The notes under the pieces were generated by a model. That model was not told the DNA's origin. It did not search any database and saw only the letters and a list, made by a program, of their open reading frames with translations. Positions 27,401 through 40,260 of a DNA stretch of 61,942 nucleotides are shown here, piece after piece. The stretch is from Octopus bimaculoides (taxonomy: Eukaryota). The first letter of the stretch is position 1; every line of letters starts with the position of its first letter. The stretch spans positions 47,011,079 through 47,073,020 of the forward strand of contig NC_068994.1 of NCBI RefSeq assembly GCF_001194135.2, written 5' to 3'. The position numbers and the translations under genes are program-made.

Positions 27401-27959
27401 CTCTCTCTCTCATATTACCTTTTCAGTTATTATTGTTGTTGTTTGCTGGGCAAAATGCTTATCAGCATTTTGTCTGTCAAGTACAAGTTGAACATTGGGG
27501 TCGATGTAATCGACTTACTCCCTCCCCTGAAATTACTGGCATCGTGTCAAATCTGAAACCATTATTATTGTTGTTGTTGTTGTTATCATCATTTGATTCA
27601 TTGTTTGTATTCATTATTTGCTATGCTGTCTTACAGAAGACATAGACCAAGTAAAGCTATGGCTCGGGTGCCTGCACGTGTGAGGAGAAAGTAGACAAGG
27701 GAAAAAAAAATTTTAATCTATTGCCTTTAACAATTAATATACAATAATTTGTATTGTAGACATCAGGCATCATCTGGCTGAACATCTGTTCTTTGGATGC
27801 CTTCAGCAGATGTCATTCTGTTGCAAGCATTCAAGGTGGGTCTCTGGTTTGAAGAGAACTTCCTTCCTTCCTCTCACAAACCTCAGAGACCCTAAAAAAA
27901 TTACAAGTCATGAGTATTGCCCTTCCCTCTTTGATTAGCAATAAAAAAATATGTATACT

Positions 27960-28160
27960 CTTCTTATGAATATTGGTTTCAAATTTTGGCACAGGGCCAG
28001 CAAATTTGGGGTGGTGTAATTCAATCGCATCAACCCCAGTGCTCAACTGGTACTTATTTTACCAACCCTGAAAGGATGGAATGCAAAGTTGAACTCAGAA
28101 TGTATCGACAGATGAAATGCTACTTAGTATTTTGCTCAGCATGATAATGATTCTGTGAAG
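27960..28160 (-). mobile_element. SINE family B, degenerate
   Basis: ggtttcaaattttggcacagggccagc...ggtacttattttaccaaccctgaaaggatg. Confidence 0.7.
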
Positions 28161-28574
28161 GGCCTTTTGTCCTTCTAAGGGTTAATAAAATAAAGTACAA
28201 CTCAAGTACTGGGATCAATGGTACTTACAACCTAAAATCTTCTGAAAATTATAGGCCTTGTGCAAAAATACAAAACTGTTGTTGTTTCTGTTACTGCTAT
28301 TATCTGTGTCTAATATCAGTGTAAGAGTAAATTGCTAAAGGTCCATGAGTTTCCTGTGAGTTCCATTTAGTTGATATTCAGTTTCAACATTTGTATATCA
28401 GTGATTCTTTGATGTCAATCAAGGGCCGAGTAAAAAAAAAAAAAGAGAAATGTTTAGTGTGGTATGAAAGAGGTGATGTACTGTGATGAGTGACAAAGAG
28501 GGGAAATAGGTATGTTGGACAGTCCAGAGAGAACCATAAGCTATTATTATAGTGGTAGAAGAGACAAAGAGAGG

Positions 28575-28650
<76 letters not shown>

Positions 28651-28652
28651 TA

Positions 28653-28916
28653 CATTCATTCACTCACTCATTCATTCACTCATTCATTCATTTACTCATT
28701 CATTCATTTGCTCATTCACTTATTCCTTCTTTCATTCACTCATTCATTCGTTCACTCATTCATTCATTCTCTCATTCATTCACTCATTCATTCATTCACT
28801 CATTCATTCATTCACTCATTCATTCATTTATTCGCTCATTCATTCACTCATTCATTCACTCTCTCATTCACTCACTCACTCATTCCTTCACTCATTCACT
28901 TATTCATTCACTCATT
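28653..28916 (+). repeat. (TTCA/CTCA)n tetranucleotide array
   Basis: About 264 bp of TTCATTCACTCA-type units. Confidence 0.92.
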
Positions 28917-29124
28917 AAATATGTAGTTTGTTTTTCTCAGAGAATTTATGGTGGCAATACTGTCTTTTGACGTCTATTTTCCAGTGCGTGGTGAGGCACA
29001 AGCCAAGCCCTTGTTATAATTATGAATATATAATTATAAAATATTCATATCAATTTACCTACGAGGTTTTATTTCCGCACTGACCACTTGGTAAAAATCA
29101 TTTATGATTTTACCCTTATTATTG

Positions 29125-29159
<35 letters not shown>

Positions 29160-29160
<1 letters not shown>

Positions 29161-29362
29161 TCTTTTACTCTTTTACTTGTTTCAGTCATTTGACTGCGGC
29201 CATGCTGGAGCACCGCCTTTAGTCGAGCAAATCGACCCCGGGACTTATTCTTTGTAAGCCTAGTACTTATTCTATCGGTCTCTTTTTGCCGAACCGCTAA
29301 GTTACGGGGGACATAAACACACCAGCATCGGTTGCCAAGCAATGCTAGGAGGACAAACACAA

Positions 29363-29403
<41 letters not shown>

Positions 29404-29557
29404 ACCGGCTTCTTTCAGTTTCCGTCTACCAAATCCACTCACAAGGCTTTGGTCGGCCCGAGGCTATAGTAGAAGACACTTGCCCAAGGTGCCACACAGT
29501 GGGACTGAACCCGGAACTATGTGGTTGGTAAGCAGGCTACTTACCACACAGCCACTC
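29160..29557 (-). mobile_element. SINE family A in SMAD4 intron 2, flanked by (TA)n on both sides
   Basis: Reverse complement of the 22695 copy. Confidence 0.9.
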
Positions 29558-29864
29558 ATATATATATATATATATATAACTGGAAAAAAAAAATTTGCTA
29601 ATGGTTCTTCAGCAACAACACACCTTGATAAACTCAGTGGCTACAACAGAAATGCTCTCTGGTTGGTAGTTTAACACTTAATCTCTGTCTCTTTCCTATG
29701 TCAAATACAGTGAGAGAATTACCACCATTGCACATGTACTTGCATTTTTCTCCATTTGATTGAACATGTTTTATTTATTTACAATTGCAGAGCCCTTGGA
29801 TGTGTACCTTTAACATGTTTTTTCTTTCTTTCTTTCTTTTTTTTTTTTGTTGTTGTTGTTCCAG

Positions 29865-29894
29865 ACTTGACAGGACTATCATTACAACATACAG
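29865..29894 (+). CDS. SMAD4: SMAD4 30-nt micro-exon encoding the nuclear export signal (DLTGLSLQHT)
   Basis: Long T-rich tract + ttccag| and donor CAG|GTAAGT. Phase 1-1. Matches human DLSGLTLQSN. Confidence 0.95.
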
Positions 29895-30177
29895 GTAAGT
29901 GAAATATTTGTGCTTGTTTTCTCTGCTCATCAATGTTTCATTGTGTGTATGTGTGCGTCTGTGTACGTGTGTATGTTTGTGTCAGACTTTGTGTATGTTC
30001 ATATAACTGAGCTTAAATACATGCAAACTAAATGCAATATCAAGATATTAAATATGAATTAACTGTTAAAATTTTAAAATATAAATTTCGAACATAATAT
30101 GAATTATGCAACCCATTTACAAGTACTCAGTGAGGTAGAAGAATGACAAAAGGCCAAATCTTCACATGGGGCCTTAA

Positions 30178-30396
30178 CCCCTTAGCATTTAAACTGACCA
30201 TATCTGACCCAAATATATTACCTGTTTTATGCTCAAACTGACCAGATTTGACCTCGTATATCTGCTCTACAATATCATATTAAAAATATACAATCACATC
30301 ATCAAAATTTCAAAGATAAGAGATAATGCTTGATTAATTCATAACAATCTGAATAAATAAGCATTATGTTTGACAGAATAGTTTGAATATAAAGGG
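30178..30396. mobile_element. piggyBac-type MITE (abundant family)
   Basis: TTAA|CCC...AAAGGG|TTAA. Related copies at about 6155-6380, 31465-31685 and 32005-32220. Confidence 0.82.
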
Positions 30397-30561
30397 TTAA
30401 ACCTCTTAACTGTTGCAATTCAGGCAACTGCATTATCTATTATGTGAAAGAGCATCTATCATCTCACAAATTGTGGAAGCCCTCCAGGCAAGACTACTTG
30501 TAATTCAAAAGATCAGCCTTTTCATACTGTATCAGAGGGTTACATTAAGAAAGCAAGTGAC

Positions 30562-30592
<31 letters not shown>

Positions 30593-33500
30593 ATAGGTAC
30601 AAGCATGGTTGTGTGATATATACAGATACACATGCACACAGATATACATACCACAGTGGAAGTGTGCTGGGCCCATAACCCAGAAGTCTGAAGATTGAAA
30701 CTATGTCCAACCCATGAAAATGTTGAAAAATGGCTGCTAAATGATGACAGTGATACATACTTACATACTTATTATAAAATGCAAGAATGGTTGTGTAGTT
30801 AGCAAGTTTGTTTGGAACCAATGGGTTTAGGATTTATTTCCACTGCAAGNNNNNNNNNNNNNNNNNNNNNNNNNNNNNNNNNNNNNNNNNNNNNNNNNNN
30901 NNNNNNTGACAGTGATACATACTTACATACTTATTATAAAATGCAAGAATGGTTGTGTAGTTAGCAAGTTTGTTTGGAACCAATGGGTTTAGGATTTATT
31001 TCCACTGCAAGGACACTTGGCTGGTGTTTTCTATCACTGCAACTTGACCAATATCTTGCACGGGGAATTTAATAAACAGTAACTAAAACCCATCATGTGT
31101 GCATGAGTGAGTGAGTTTGCATTAGTGTATTCCTTGTTGTCCTGATGCGAGTGTGTTAATTGTAAACAAATGTCACTGTTGTATCAACAGTGTCATTTAT
31201 TTGCAATCCTGCACAAAAACATTTCTGGCCATTAAGCTGTTCATTGTCAAGATACTTGAGGTGGGGGGGGGGATATTACCATATGTTGCAAACAGGTGAG
31301 GAATGACAACAGGAGGAACATCCAGCTGTAGAAAAGTCTTGTCCGAATTAAGTTTTGTCCAGTTCATGCCAGCATGGAAAAGTGGACATTAGAACAATGA
31401 GGCTGGTGACTGTTATAATGATGATACATTTGTGTGTACTGTTGTTGCCTCAAGATTACTTTAACTTTTTAGTGTTTAAACCGGTTGTATCTAGCCCAAA
31501 TATTTTATCCATTTTATGCTCAAACTGGCTAGAACCAGCATCTCACAAACTACCCTGCAACGTCATTTTCGAAATAAACAATTACATCTTTCAAATCTTG
31601 AAGCTACAAGATAATACCAGATTAATTTTTTAAAATGTGAATAAATAAGGATCACTTTTGATAAAGTAACCTGAACATTAGAGGGTTCAAGACTCATGTC
31701 TATGGAATGCTCAGTTATTAAGCACAATGAGTACATAGAGGTATTGATCTACATACCCAGGTAGCTGGAATATTTGTTCGTTAAAAATATGTGTGTGACC
31801 AACTATGCCAACAACATATGTACTGCAAGTTAAAGAGAGTATAAGTAATCTTAATCCCAGCTAACAGGGATTTAGGATTTTCTTAACATGTGGTGGCTTC
31901 CAGGGGTGGTGGTGGTGGTGGTGGGATTAGCAAAAGTGAAAAATATTTCTGAAATGGACAAATATATTTTTCTGTCTTGTTGGAGTCAGTGAAGCCTTAT
32001 CTCTTTAGAATTTAAATCAACCCATATACTCCACCTGTTTCATGTGCAGTCTAGACAAGATCTGACCTCTCACACCTACCCTACAGTGTCTTTCCAAAAT
32101 AAACAATCACATCATTGAAATCTTGGAATTACAGGACACTGCATAATTATGATAATTCAAAACAAATGTAAATAAATAAGCATTAAATTTGACAGAATAA
32201 TTTGAATGCTAAAAAGTTGATGACAGAGTATCTCAACAAAACTCATCATCAACATGTAACATCCGTTTTCCATGCTGGCATGGGTTGGACTGCTTGACAG
32301 GAATTGGCAAGGCCAGGGACCACACCAGGTACCATAGTCTGTCTTGGCTTGGATTCTATGGCTGGATACCCTTCTTAATGCCAACCACTCCACAAAGTGT
32401 ACTGTGTGCTTTTTACATGGCACTATAAAAAAACATTCTAACAAAAGGGTTAAGATCCTTTCCTCTAAGTTGGTATGGATCAGACAGGTTTGTTAATTCC
32501 TATACCACCATTCATTTCAGTTGTTTCTCATCTAATCTCTGTCCCTATGCTCCTACACTCATCATACTGAGATTTTATCTTACCATTTTGTGTGTCTTTT
32601 TTGGGTCTTTCCTTTCCACTGTCAGCACAGGACATTTTTTTTTCACCAATTGCTGATCATCCATCCACATCATATATCCTACCAGCAGAGCTACTATGTC
32701 TTATATAAATTAGCTGATGTCTCAAATGCCAAGCTATTCTCTCAGTCCACTCACATGTAGGTTAACTGTATACATCATAATAAAGAAACTAAGGTTTGCA
32801 ACAGTTCCATGACGTGATAGGCTACTGGCCTATGAAAGGTAGATTGCTCATGTTCTATCTCTGTTACTGCATGGTCCAAGATGCTTTACCACCGACTGTC
32901 TCACTGGTGCCTCAGTGTATTACTGTCAGCAGTGGGAGCATTACAATTGACAAGTGTTCCTTTGTTAGTTTACTGTGCTGCTGAGTTCAAGTCACCTAAA
33001 AGTCCTGAGAGAATGAAGCATTGTAAGACGGACAATTCCAGCACAACCTACTTTGTATCATCACTGTCATCACCATCATTATCATCATCATCATCATCAT
33101 CATTGTCATCATCATCACCATCATTACATGATGACTAAGTTCACACTGGTGTTCCAACTCACCAAGTGAATTACAGGACTTATCTAAATTGAGAACAAAA
33201 AGGTATTTGTCTATTCCTGATATTGCTTAAACTAAAATCCTCAATTCCTGCAATCTATTTTTAGGCATTTGATTGCAGGGTAAGGTAACCCCTCTTTCTA
33301 GCCCTCCTTCCCTAAAGACACTTATCCATCTGCTGAAACATTTTAATATTACATCACCCTTATCATGTTCGTTGTTGTTGTTTTTTGTTATTGTTGTTGT
33401 TTTTATTGTGCCTCTTCCTCCCTTCAATGCATGCTGTGAATAAATGTTTAATAGTAAATTGTATTTTTTGCTTTTGAACCTATGCAGTGCTCCAGCATGG

Positions 33501-34323
33501 CCATAACTGTGAATAGCTTACACAGCAGACAAATGAACCAAAGAACTCAAACTCAGATCATTAAACCCAACTGCCAACTGGCAGCATATTTGGCAGAATT
33601 GTTAGACTTGGCTAGAATACCTTTGTAGATTTTGTTCTGACTCTTTTTGCTCCAAGTTCCAATCTTACTGAGGTCAAGTTTGCCTTTCATTCTTGGGAGG
33701 GTGGGTGTGAATAAAAAGGAACATAGCAATCCAGGGCGGTGGATTGGTGGAGCAGTAACAGGGCCACAGGGGCGGGCAAGACTTGCCATTGCATTCTGAC
33801 AGCAATGCACGCGATGACACATATGCCAAGCTGGATCATCCCAAATTGGCAGCCTCTCCCTTGGATAGATCAGCTTCAAGAGTTTTGGTAAGGATTTGCA
33901 TGTGTGAACAATTGCTAGTCTTCCTCCAAATTACCCTTGCCCAGATCTGCGCATGCATGTGCAGATGTGCAATCAACATTGACTAACAGAGGTCTTATAA
34001 CTATAAGTTATCGACCAATCAATCAATCAATCAACCTTCGAAGTGATTGAACAGCCAGTCCCAACCAGTATGAGTTATACAATTCACCCTTTCAATTGCT
34101 GAATACAAAACATGGCATTCACCCTTGAATAACCAATCCATTATGAAGTGACCCATTTGCAGCTGAGCGGACTGGAGCCACATGAAACGAAGTCTTTTGC
34201 TCAAGAACACAACACATAACTGGTTTGAGAATTGAAACCACAATCTCGCAATCATGAGCGCAACACCCTAAACACTAGGTCACGTTCCTTTACAAGTTGT
34301 GTTCACTAAGAAACTGGCTGGGA

Positions 34324-34381
<58 letters not shown>

Positions 34382-34455
34382 TCCTCTCCTCTTCTCTCTA
34401 ACAATCTTTAAAACTTGCAACAGCCTCCACACTTGAACCCAGCCCCATGGGTTAA

Positions 34456-34664
34456 CCCATTAACATTTAAACTGGTTATATCCAGCCCAAATATTCTACC
34501 TGTTTTATGCTCAAATCAGCTAGAACTGTCCTACAATGTGATTCTATAAAAAAAAGAATCACATCATTGCAATCTCAAAGCCTTGAGATAATGCACGATT
34601 AATCTGTGGCAATGTGAATAAATAGCTATTGAATTTGACAGAGCAATTGAAATGTGCAAAAGGG
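34456..34664. mobile_element. piggyBac-type MITE
   Basis: TTAA|CCCAT...AAGGG|TTAA, same family as 30178. Confidence 0.8.
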
Positions 34665-34837
34665 TTAAATTAACGTAAGGGGTAGAAAACGAACCAAAGT
34701 AAGGAATGCAACACCACCGCTGCAGCCTGCTGGCACTGCCCAAAACTCCCATTCACATGACATGCGACACGACACGACCTGACCACAACACGACGACTCT
34801 AGAATGAATGACACTGTGTTCTTATACTGTTTTCCAG

Positions 34838-34957
34838 CTCCCAGCAGACTAGTGAAAGATGAATACGGCCACGACAGCCAGCTCAATGGCAGCGGGGCCG
34901 GGGAAGGCTCACAAACTGTACAACACCCACCTCAGGACAATTTTGGCCTCATGCCAG
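34838..34957 (+). CDS. SMAD4: SMAD4 linker exon (APSRLVKDEYGHDSQLNGSGAGEGSQTVQHPPQDNFGLMP)
   Basis: Acceptor ctgttttccag| and donor CAG|GTGGGT. 120 nt, phase 1-1. Similar to human APSSMMVKDEY...QTIQHPP, and keeps the VKDE SUMO consensus. Confidence 0.93.
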
Positions 34958-35969
34958 GTGGGTGGCTTTCTTTTTTTTTTTTTTTAACCTTTTTCCTTTT
35001 TTATTTTTTTTAATTTTATTTTATTCTTCATTTGCACTTTTCCAAATAGGTTTTAGAATTTTGTTGTTGTAATTGTTATCATTGTTTCTTTCGCTGTTGT
35101 TACTTGTTATACCTTATGCCGTTGTTTTGTTGTTGCTGTTGTTGTTGTTGTTGTTGCCACTGGTTCTTTGTTTTTTGTTTTGTTTTTTGTTGTTGTTTTT
35201 TTTTGCCATGATCAAAGTAGCTGTTTTTGCTTTCATCTTACCCTAAATATGTTGTTTGTTCTCGAGGATGACATTTGCTGTATGTTGTGTATCGTTGTCG
35301 TCATCATCGTCATTGTAGTATGTTGTTTAATCAAATATTTGCAGTATTGTCACATGGTGTACTTATATCGTGTGTGTGTGTGTGTATGTATGTGTATATT
35401 TTTATGGTTATATTGTTGCATTCTCTGAGATCTTGGAATGCTATGAAGCTGTATTGTCATATATCACTGCGTGATGTATGTCTTTTGTATGTACACACAC
35501 ACACATGCACATATATATACATATATACACACACTCATTTGATGGCATCATGCATATTATGTCCAACATACTATTTAATACAACCTTTCCTACAAAAATA
35601 TTCACTTCGGTTATCTAATTACTGGATAACTAGTTTACAATATCAGTCAGTGACTTCACCATCTTTTTGCTCACACACACACACACACACACACACATAT
35701 TATTTTAAGAAGAATGCATCTACAGAGAATTGTAAAATCAGTCCATGATAAAAACAAAACTGCAGGGTATCAATTAACAATGACTTGATTTATATTCTCC
35801 ACTGATCGATATGAATCAATATGATATGGCAAACTATACCAACCATTAAAATTGTACATATGATATGAGACTTTGATTTCAACATCAAGAAAAATAAATG
35901 AAATAGGAAAGAAAAGATGAATCTGATTGAGATGAAAATGGACACAGCATTCTACAAGACTTGATCAAT

Positions 35970-36007
<38 letters not shown>

Positions 36008-36875
36008 ACTGTTCCGTGATAGAAAATTCAGTAAAAAAATACTCCGTCTGGTGAGAGATAAATATTATTTATTTAAAGGGCATAGTACATGTATTTAAGT
36101 GCTACTAATAGTTTAATATGTTGAGAAATACTCAAACATATTCTTCAGACACAAACCACATATCATAATGAACTTTAAAAAATTGAATAATAGAAGAAAT
36201 GAAAAAAAAACACTGAGAAGGCAGCATATAGAAAATGCAATAAATAAAAAACAGAAAACAAAATAAAAAAAAACAACTAAAATTTAAAAAAAAAAAAAAG
36301 GTAAAAGAATTCTCCTCCTTTGACCTTAAATAATAAGGCTGGAAAGATATCGAGTTAGTCAGGAATAGACGGAATTTTCCAATTCTTCAAAATGTATTTA
36401 TACATATGCTTGCAACCACTGAAAATTTCTGACCTAGAGTTCAATAGAGAATTAGGGATCTTAGATCTGAGTAGGATCTACGCTCTTTCAGCTAAACAAA
36501 GCCTACATTTATTTGATCCACTCACATAAAGTATGCATTTCTCAATTACTTTGCATTTAATCACATGTGGTGTGTCATTATCTTTCAAAGTCTATACGTA
36601 GTTAACCAATTTAGTAGCTTTACTTTTATCCCTGTGTCGGAGGGAGGGTATGTGATTGGCATAGCGATTTTTAAATTCATGCTGGCAAGAGAGATATACA
36701 TTTGTATATAACAAATGAGACAAACAGAAAATCGAATTCATGAGGCTCTTTATTAATCACAATGATTGTTTCGACCCATCTTGCAGTGATCCCTCACAGG
36801 TGAGATTACTAAACAATTTGTTTATGGTGCATCTTTTGGTGCAGATGTGTCTTGTCAGGTGACTTTTCAAAAGGT

Positions 36876-37223
36876 TAAAAAAAAAAAGGATAAAGACCCC
36901 ATTTGGTCATGAATGACCACGGGATTGCACCTAGAAAGTTACCCTCTGAGGCGCAAGTCTAGGTAAGATTGTTTATGGAAGACCAGCAGTTGCCCATGCA
37001 CCCACCCTCCCATCATGCCACCGATGTTATCCAAAGGAAAGGCAAAGGCTAATACAGTTCAGCACCAGTAACATCACAGCACATTTCTACAGCTGAGTGA
37101 ACTGGAGCAATGTGAAATAAAGTGTCTTGCTCAAGAACACAACATACATTCTGGTCCAGGAATCCAATTCACTAGCTCATGATTGTGAGCCTGATGCTCT
37201 AACCACTGAGCCACGTGCCTTCA
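36876..37223 (-). mobile_element. SINE family D with 11-bp TSD
   Basis: TTTCAAAAGGT at 36865-36875 and 37226-37236. Body homologous to 12139-12501. Head-related fragments also at 34105-34290 and 44370-44580. Confidence 0.85.
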
Positions 37224-37979
37224 ACTTTCAAAAGGTCCTTTGTTCAATACACATGATTTCACTTGGTTTGATTATATAGCATGTTGTTATTTGCCTATAG
37301 GCTTCATGGTTTTGTATCAATACTGTGAATGACATCAGGTAACTGTAAACTGAACATGCCTTAATCAGCATACTACAAGGCATAGACTCAAGTTTTAATT
37401 AACTACTTATACACACATGTATATATGTCATTGACTCCTTCTCGTTTCTAAGGATTTCTTTCTTTGGTGAAGGAATGCTGGTAATTTAGTCTTAATTAGA
37501 GTAGTTCAGAGAGTGGTTCCTGACTTGCTAGGAAGTGACTCATGCACTGATGTTTCGAAGACTTCCTCTGCAGCACATGTGAAATGTGACGTGCAGGTTC
37601 CAGCAACAAAACTGACAGACTGCCATCGGCTCAGGTATTGCTTGAGCTGCACTGTCAGAACCAGTTTGTCTAGCATTGCCCTCATCCATCAGATTGGCTG
37701 TTGGGTTCATAGGTCTATCATTTACCTGTTCTGCCATTGAGGACTTGGGGGGGGGGGGTCTTTTAATGAGGAACGCCCCTCAAGGTTCTTGCCCAGATCA
37801 GTGGAAAGATGTTCAACTCATGAAGTTTTAGCTACGATGATCATTTAAGTCACAATCTACCATCTTTAAAAAAAGGAAGATGGTCATGTTTTGGATGGAA
37901 TGTCTCTGATCATAGGTGGTTTACTTGGTCAGGACTAACCTGGGGTTAAACAACAGCAAACCAGATCATTTGATTGAAC

Positions 37980-38900
37980 CACCACGAGTTTCTTCCATAA
38001 CTACCTCTGCTACTACTACCACCACTACTGCTGCTGCTACTACTACCACTACTTCTACCTTCACAACCAATCACCACAACCTCTACAACCTACACTACCA
38101 CACCCCATACCACGAGCACCATAACTACCACCACCACCACCACCACAAATACTACAATCATTACCACCATAACCAACATCACCACCACCACTGCCACAAC
38201 CTCCACAACCACCACTACCACCATGACTACTGCAGTAACATTTAGCATGTTTGTTATTTGTGTTGTTGTTGTTGTTGCTGTTTATGTTGTCATTGCAACA
38301 CCCACCTCCCTCCTGCCCACTTCAAACCACCTCACCCCCAATGCCTCCAGACCTTCCCCAAAACCAACCCACCACTACCACACACACCATTAACCTCCTT
38401 GTCCCTTTTACATTATGATCCATACCACTGCCCCCTCTCCATTGTATGCCTTCACACACACCCCTCTCTGCCTAACTCCTCTTCCTTCTCCTCCTTTCTC
38501 ACTCCTCCCCCACTCTTGTTGTCCCCCCTCCCGCTGCCTCTACTAACCATCATTGTCATCATCATTTATTCACTTTCATTCTCTCTCCTGTCACTATTCC
38601 TCTTCCTCAATCTCCATGACAACTGATCAGTCCTCTTAGTTTGATACAAAAGCTCACTTTGCCCACAAGCTCACTTTGCCCACAAGCTCACTTTGCCCAC
38701 AAGCTCACCTCATTACCTTCAATACCATCACCATCACCATCATCTCCAATGCAGTATGCACTGCCACATGCTGCTCATAATCTCACCTCTGTCACCACCA
38801 TCACCATCATTATCATTGTCTTCATCATCACTATCGAACACAGTATGCACTATCACACACTGCTCATGATCTTCCTCCATCACCAGCTTGCTTGTATTCC
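37980..38900. repeat. C/A-rich low-complexity tract including a 17-bp x3.5 tandem (AAGCTCACTTTGCCCAC, 38650-38708)
   Basis: Direct inspection. Confidence 0.8.
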
Positions 38901-39962
38901 ACCCTCACCCATCATCGATCCTTCTTGTTCCCACTGACCCCTTCACACTTCACTTCTACTCGTTTTACTGAGCAGAGATCTTAACTTCCATCACTGTCCG
39001 GCATTACTGACCCTGCCAGTGATCCTACAACCACCACCACTACTGTCTCTCCTTCTCTTCTCCTTCTCTTCACCTTCCTCCTACCTTCATCTCTTCCCAG
39101 CCTTAATCAATCCTTCCTATCTCATTGACACACCCTGTCGTTACCAATGGTGTTAGACCTTCCGCTAACAACCCTTGCCATTAGAGATGCCTCCACATCA
39201 ATGATTCTCAAGTCTTCTTCTGTCAGTTACTCCTTTTTCCTGCTGAAGCAAATTCCCTTTTTCTCCATAAAAATGATGCAAAGCCACCATAACGATATCG
39301 AAAAAAATATGATGGGAACAACTTTTTTTTTAATAAGGTTTGGCCCCACAGAATTGTGGAATTAACATGATTTAATTTCCAGGAATTAAATATCGTTATT
39401 TACCACCACCCCTGTCATGTAAATTTTTACTCCTGGACAAGAATCACTGCATTATGTGATTTACTCGACCTGCTAGAAAATGCAATTCAATCTACCTCAA
39501 ATCATACCCGGTTATTTTAAAATAAAAAATAAATTTTTAAAAAATAAAATAAAAAGCAAGGGATTACATTCAACAAAGTGGTCCTATATATATAAGATAT
39601 AAAAATAAAAAAGGGATTGTCAGTGCTTGAAAGCCTTTGATCAGAGGTCTACTTGATTTGAGCTAACCTGGGGTTAAACTGCTGCTGCTGCTACTACGGT
39701 CATCTTTATTATCACCATCTCCGTCATTTCATCATGGTCACTGCTCACCTGTAGAAGATCCTGATGACCCAAGGCCCTTAATCCTGATGGCAACAAACCC
39801 CCACCCTCACCCCAACCCCACTACTACAGCCACCACCAGCTGAAGCTTCCCCACTCCCGCCCTCTCTTCCTGCCATGGTACCAAGTAAAGGTAAAAGTTT
39901 AAGAAAGGGTGATGCAAGCATATATGTTGTACCCTCTAAATGTTGTATTTTTACCTGTCCAG

Positions 39963-40004
39963 GTTTACAGCCCCAGGCCTCTAAGTTCCGGCCAGCATCT
40001 TCAG
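39963..40004 (+). CDS. SMAD4: Candidate SMAD4 42-nt linker micro-exon (GLQPQASKFRPASS)
   Basis: Acceptor gtatttttacctgtccag| and consensus donor CAG|GTGAGT. Phase 1-1, open in the SMAD4 frame, GC-rich relative to flanks. No homology support. Confidence 0.65.
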
Positions 40005-40154
40005 GTGAGTCACTCTACTGCCTTTTCCACCTTTTCTGTTGCATTTTCCTAACATTGCTACACACCTCCATCACAGTTTCTTATCTCCAAAACAACAGTG
40101 TATTATAAGTGGGGGGGTGGGGCATGTGTGTATGCGTGTGTGTGATTATATATA

Positions 40155-40197
<43 letters not shown>

Positions 40198-40260
40198 TTA
40201 TATATATGGAAAGCATGTATGTATATATATGTGTGTATGTGTCGTGTGTCTATCTATATA

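Noticed and set aside
30746-31010. About 104-bp perfect direct repeat on both sides of the 30850-30906 gap
   Set aside because: Identical sequence flanking an N-gap is the typical signature of an unmerged contig overlap.
33730-33970. CCAAT, GC-box and NRF1-like motifs suggesting an internal promoter
   Set aside because: 33800-33950 aligns by eye to the 3' part of SINE family D, so the motifs are likely TE-derived or chance.
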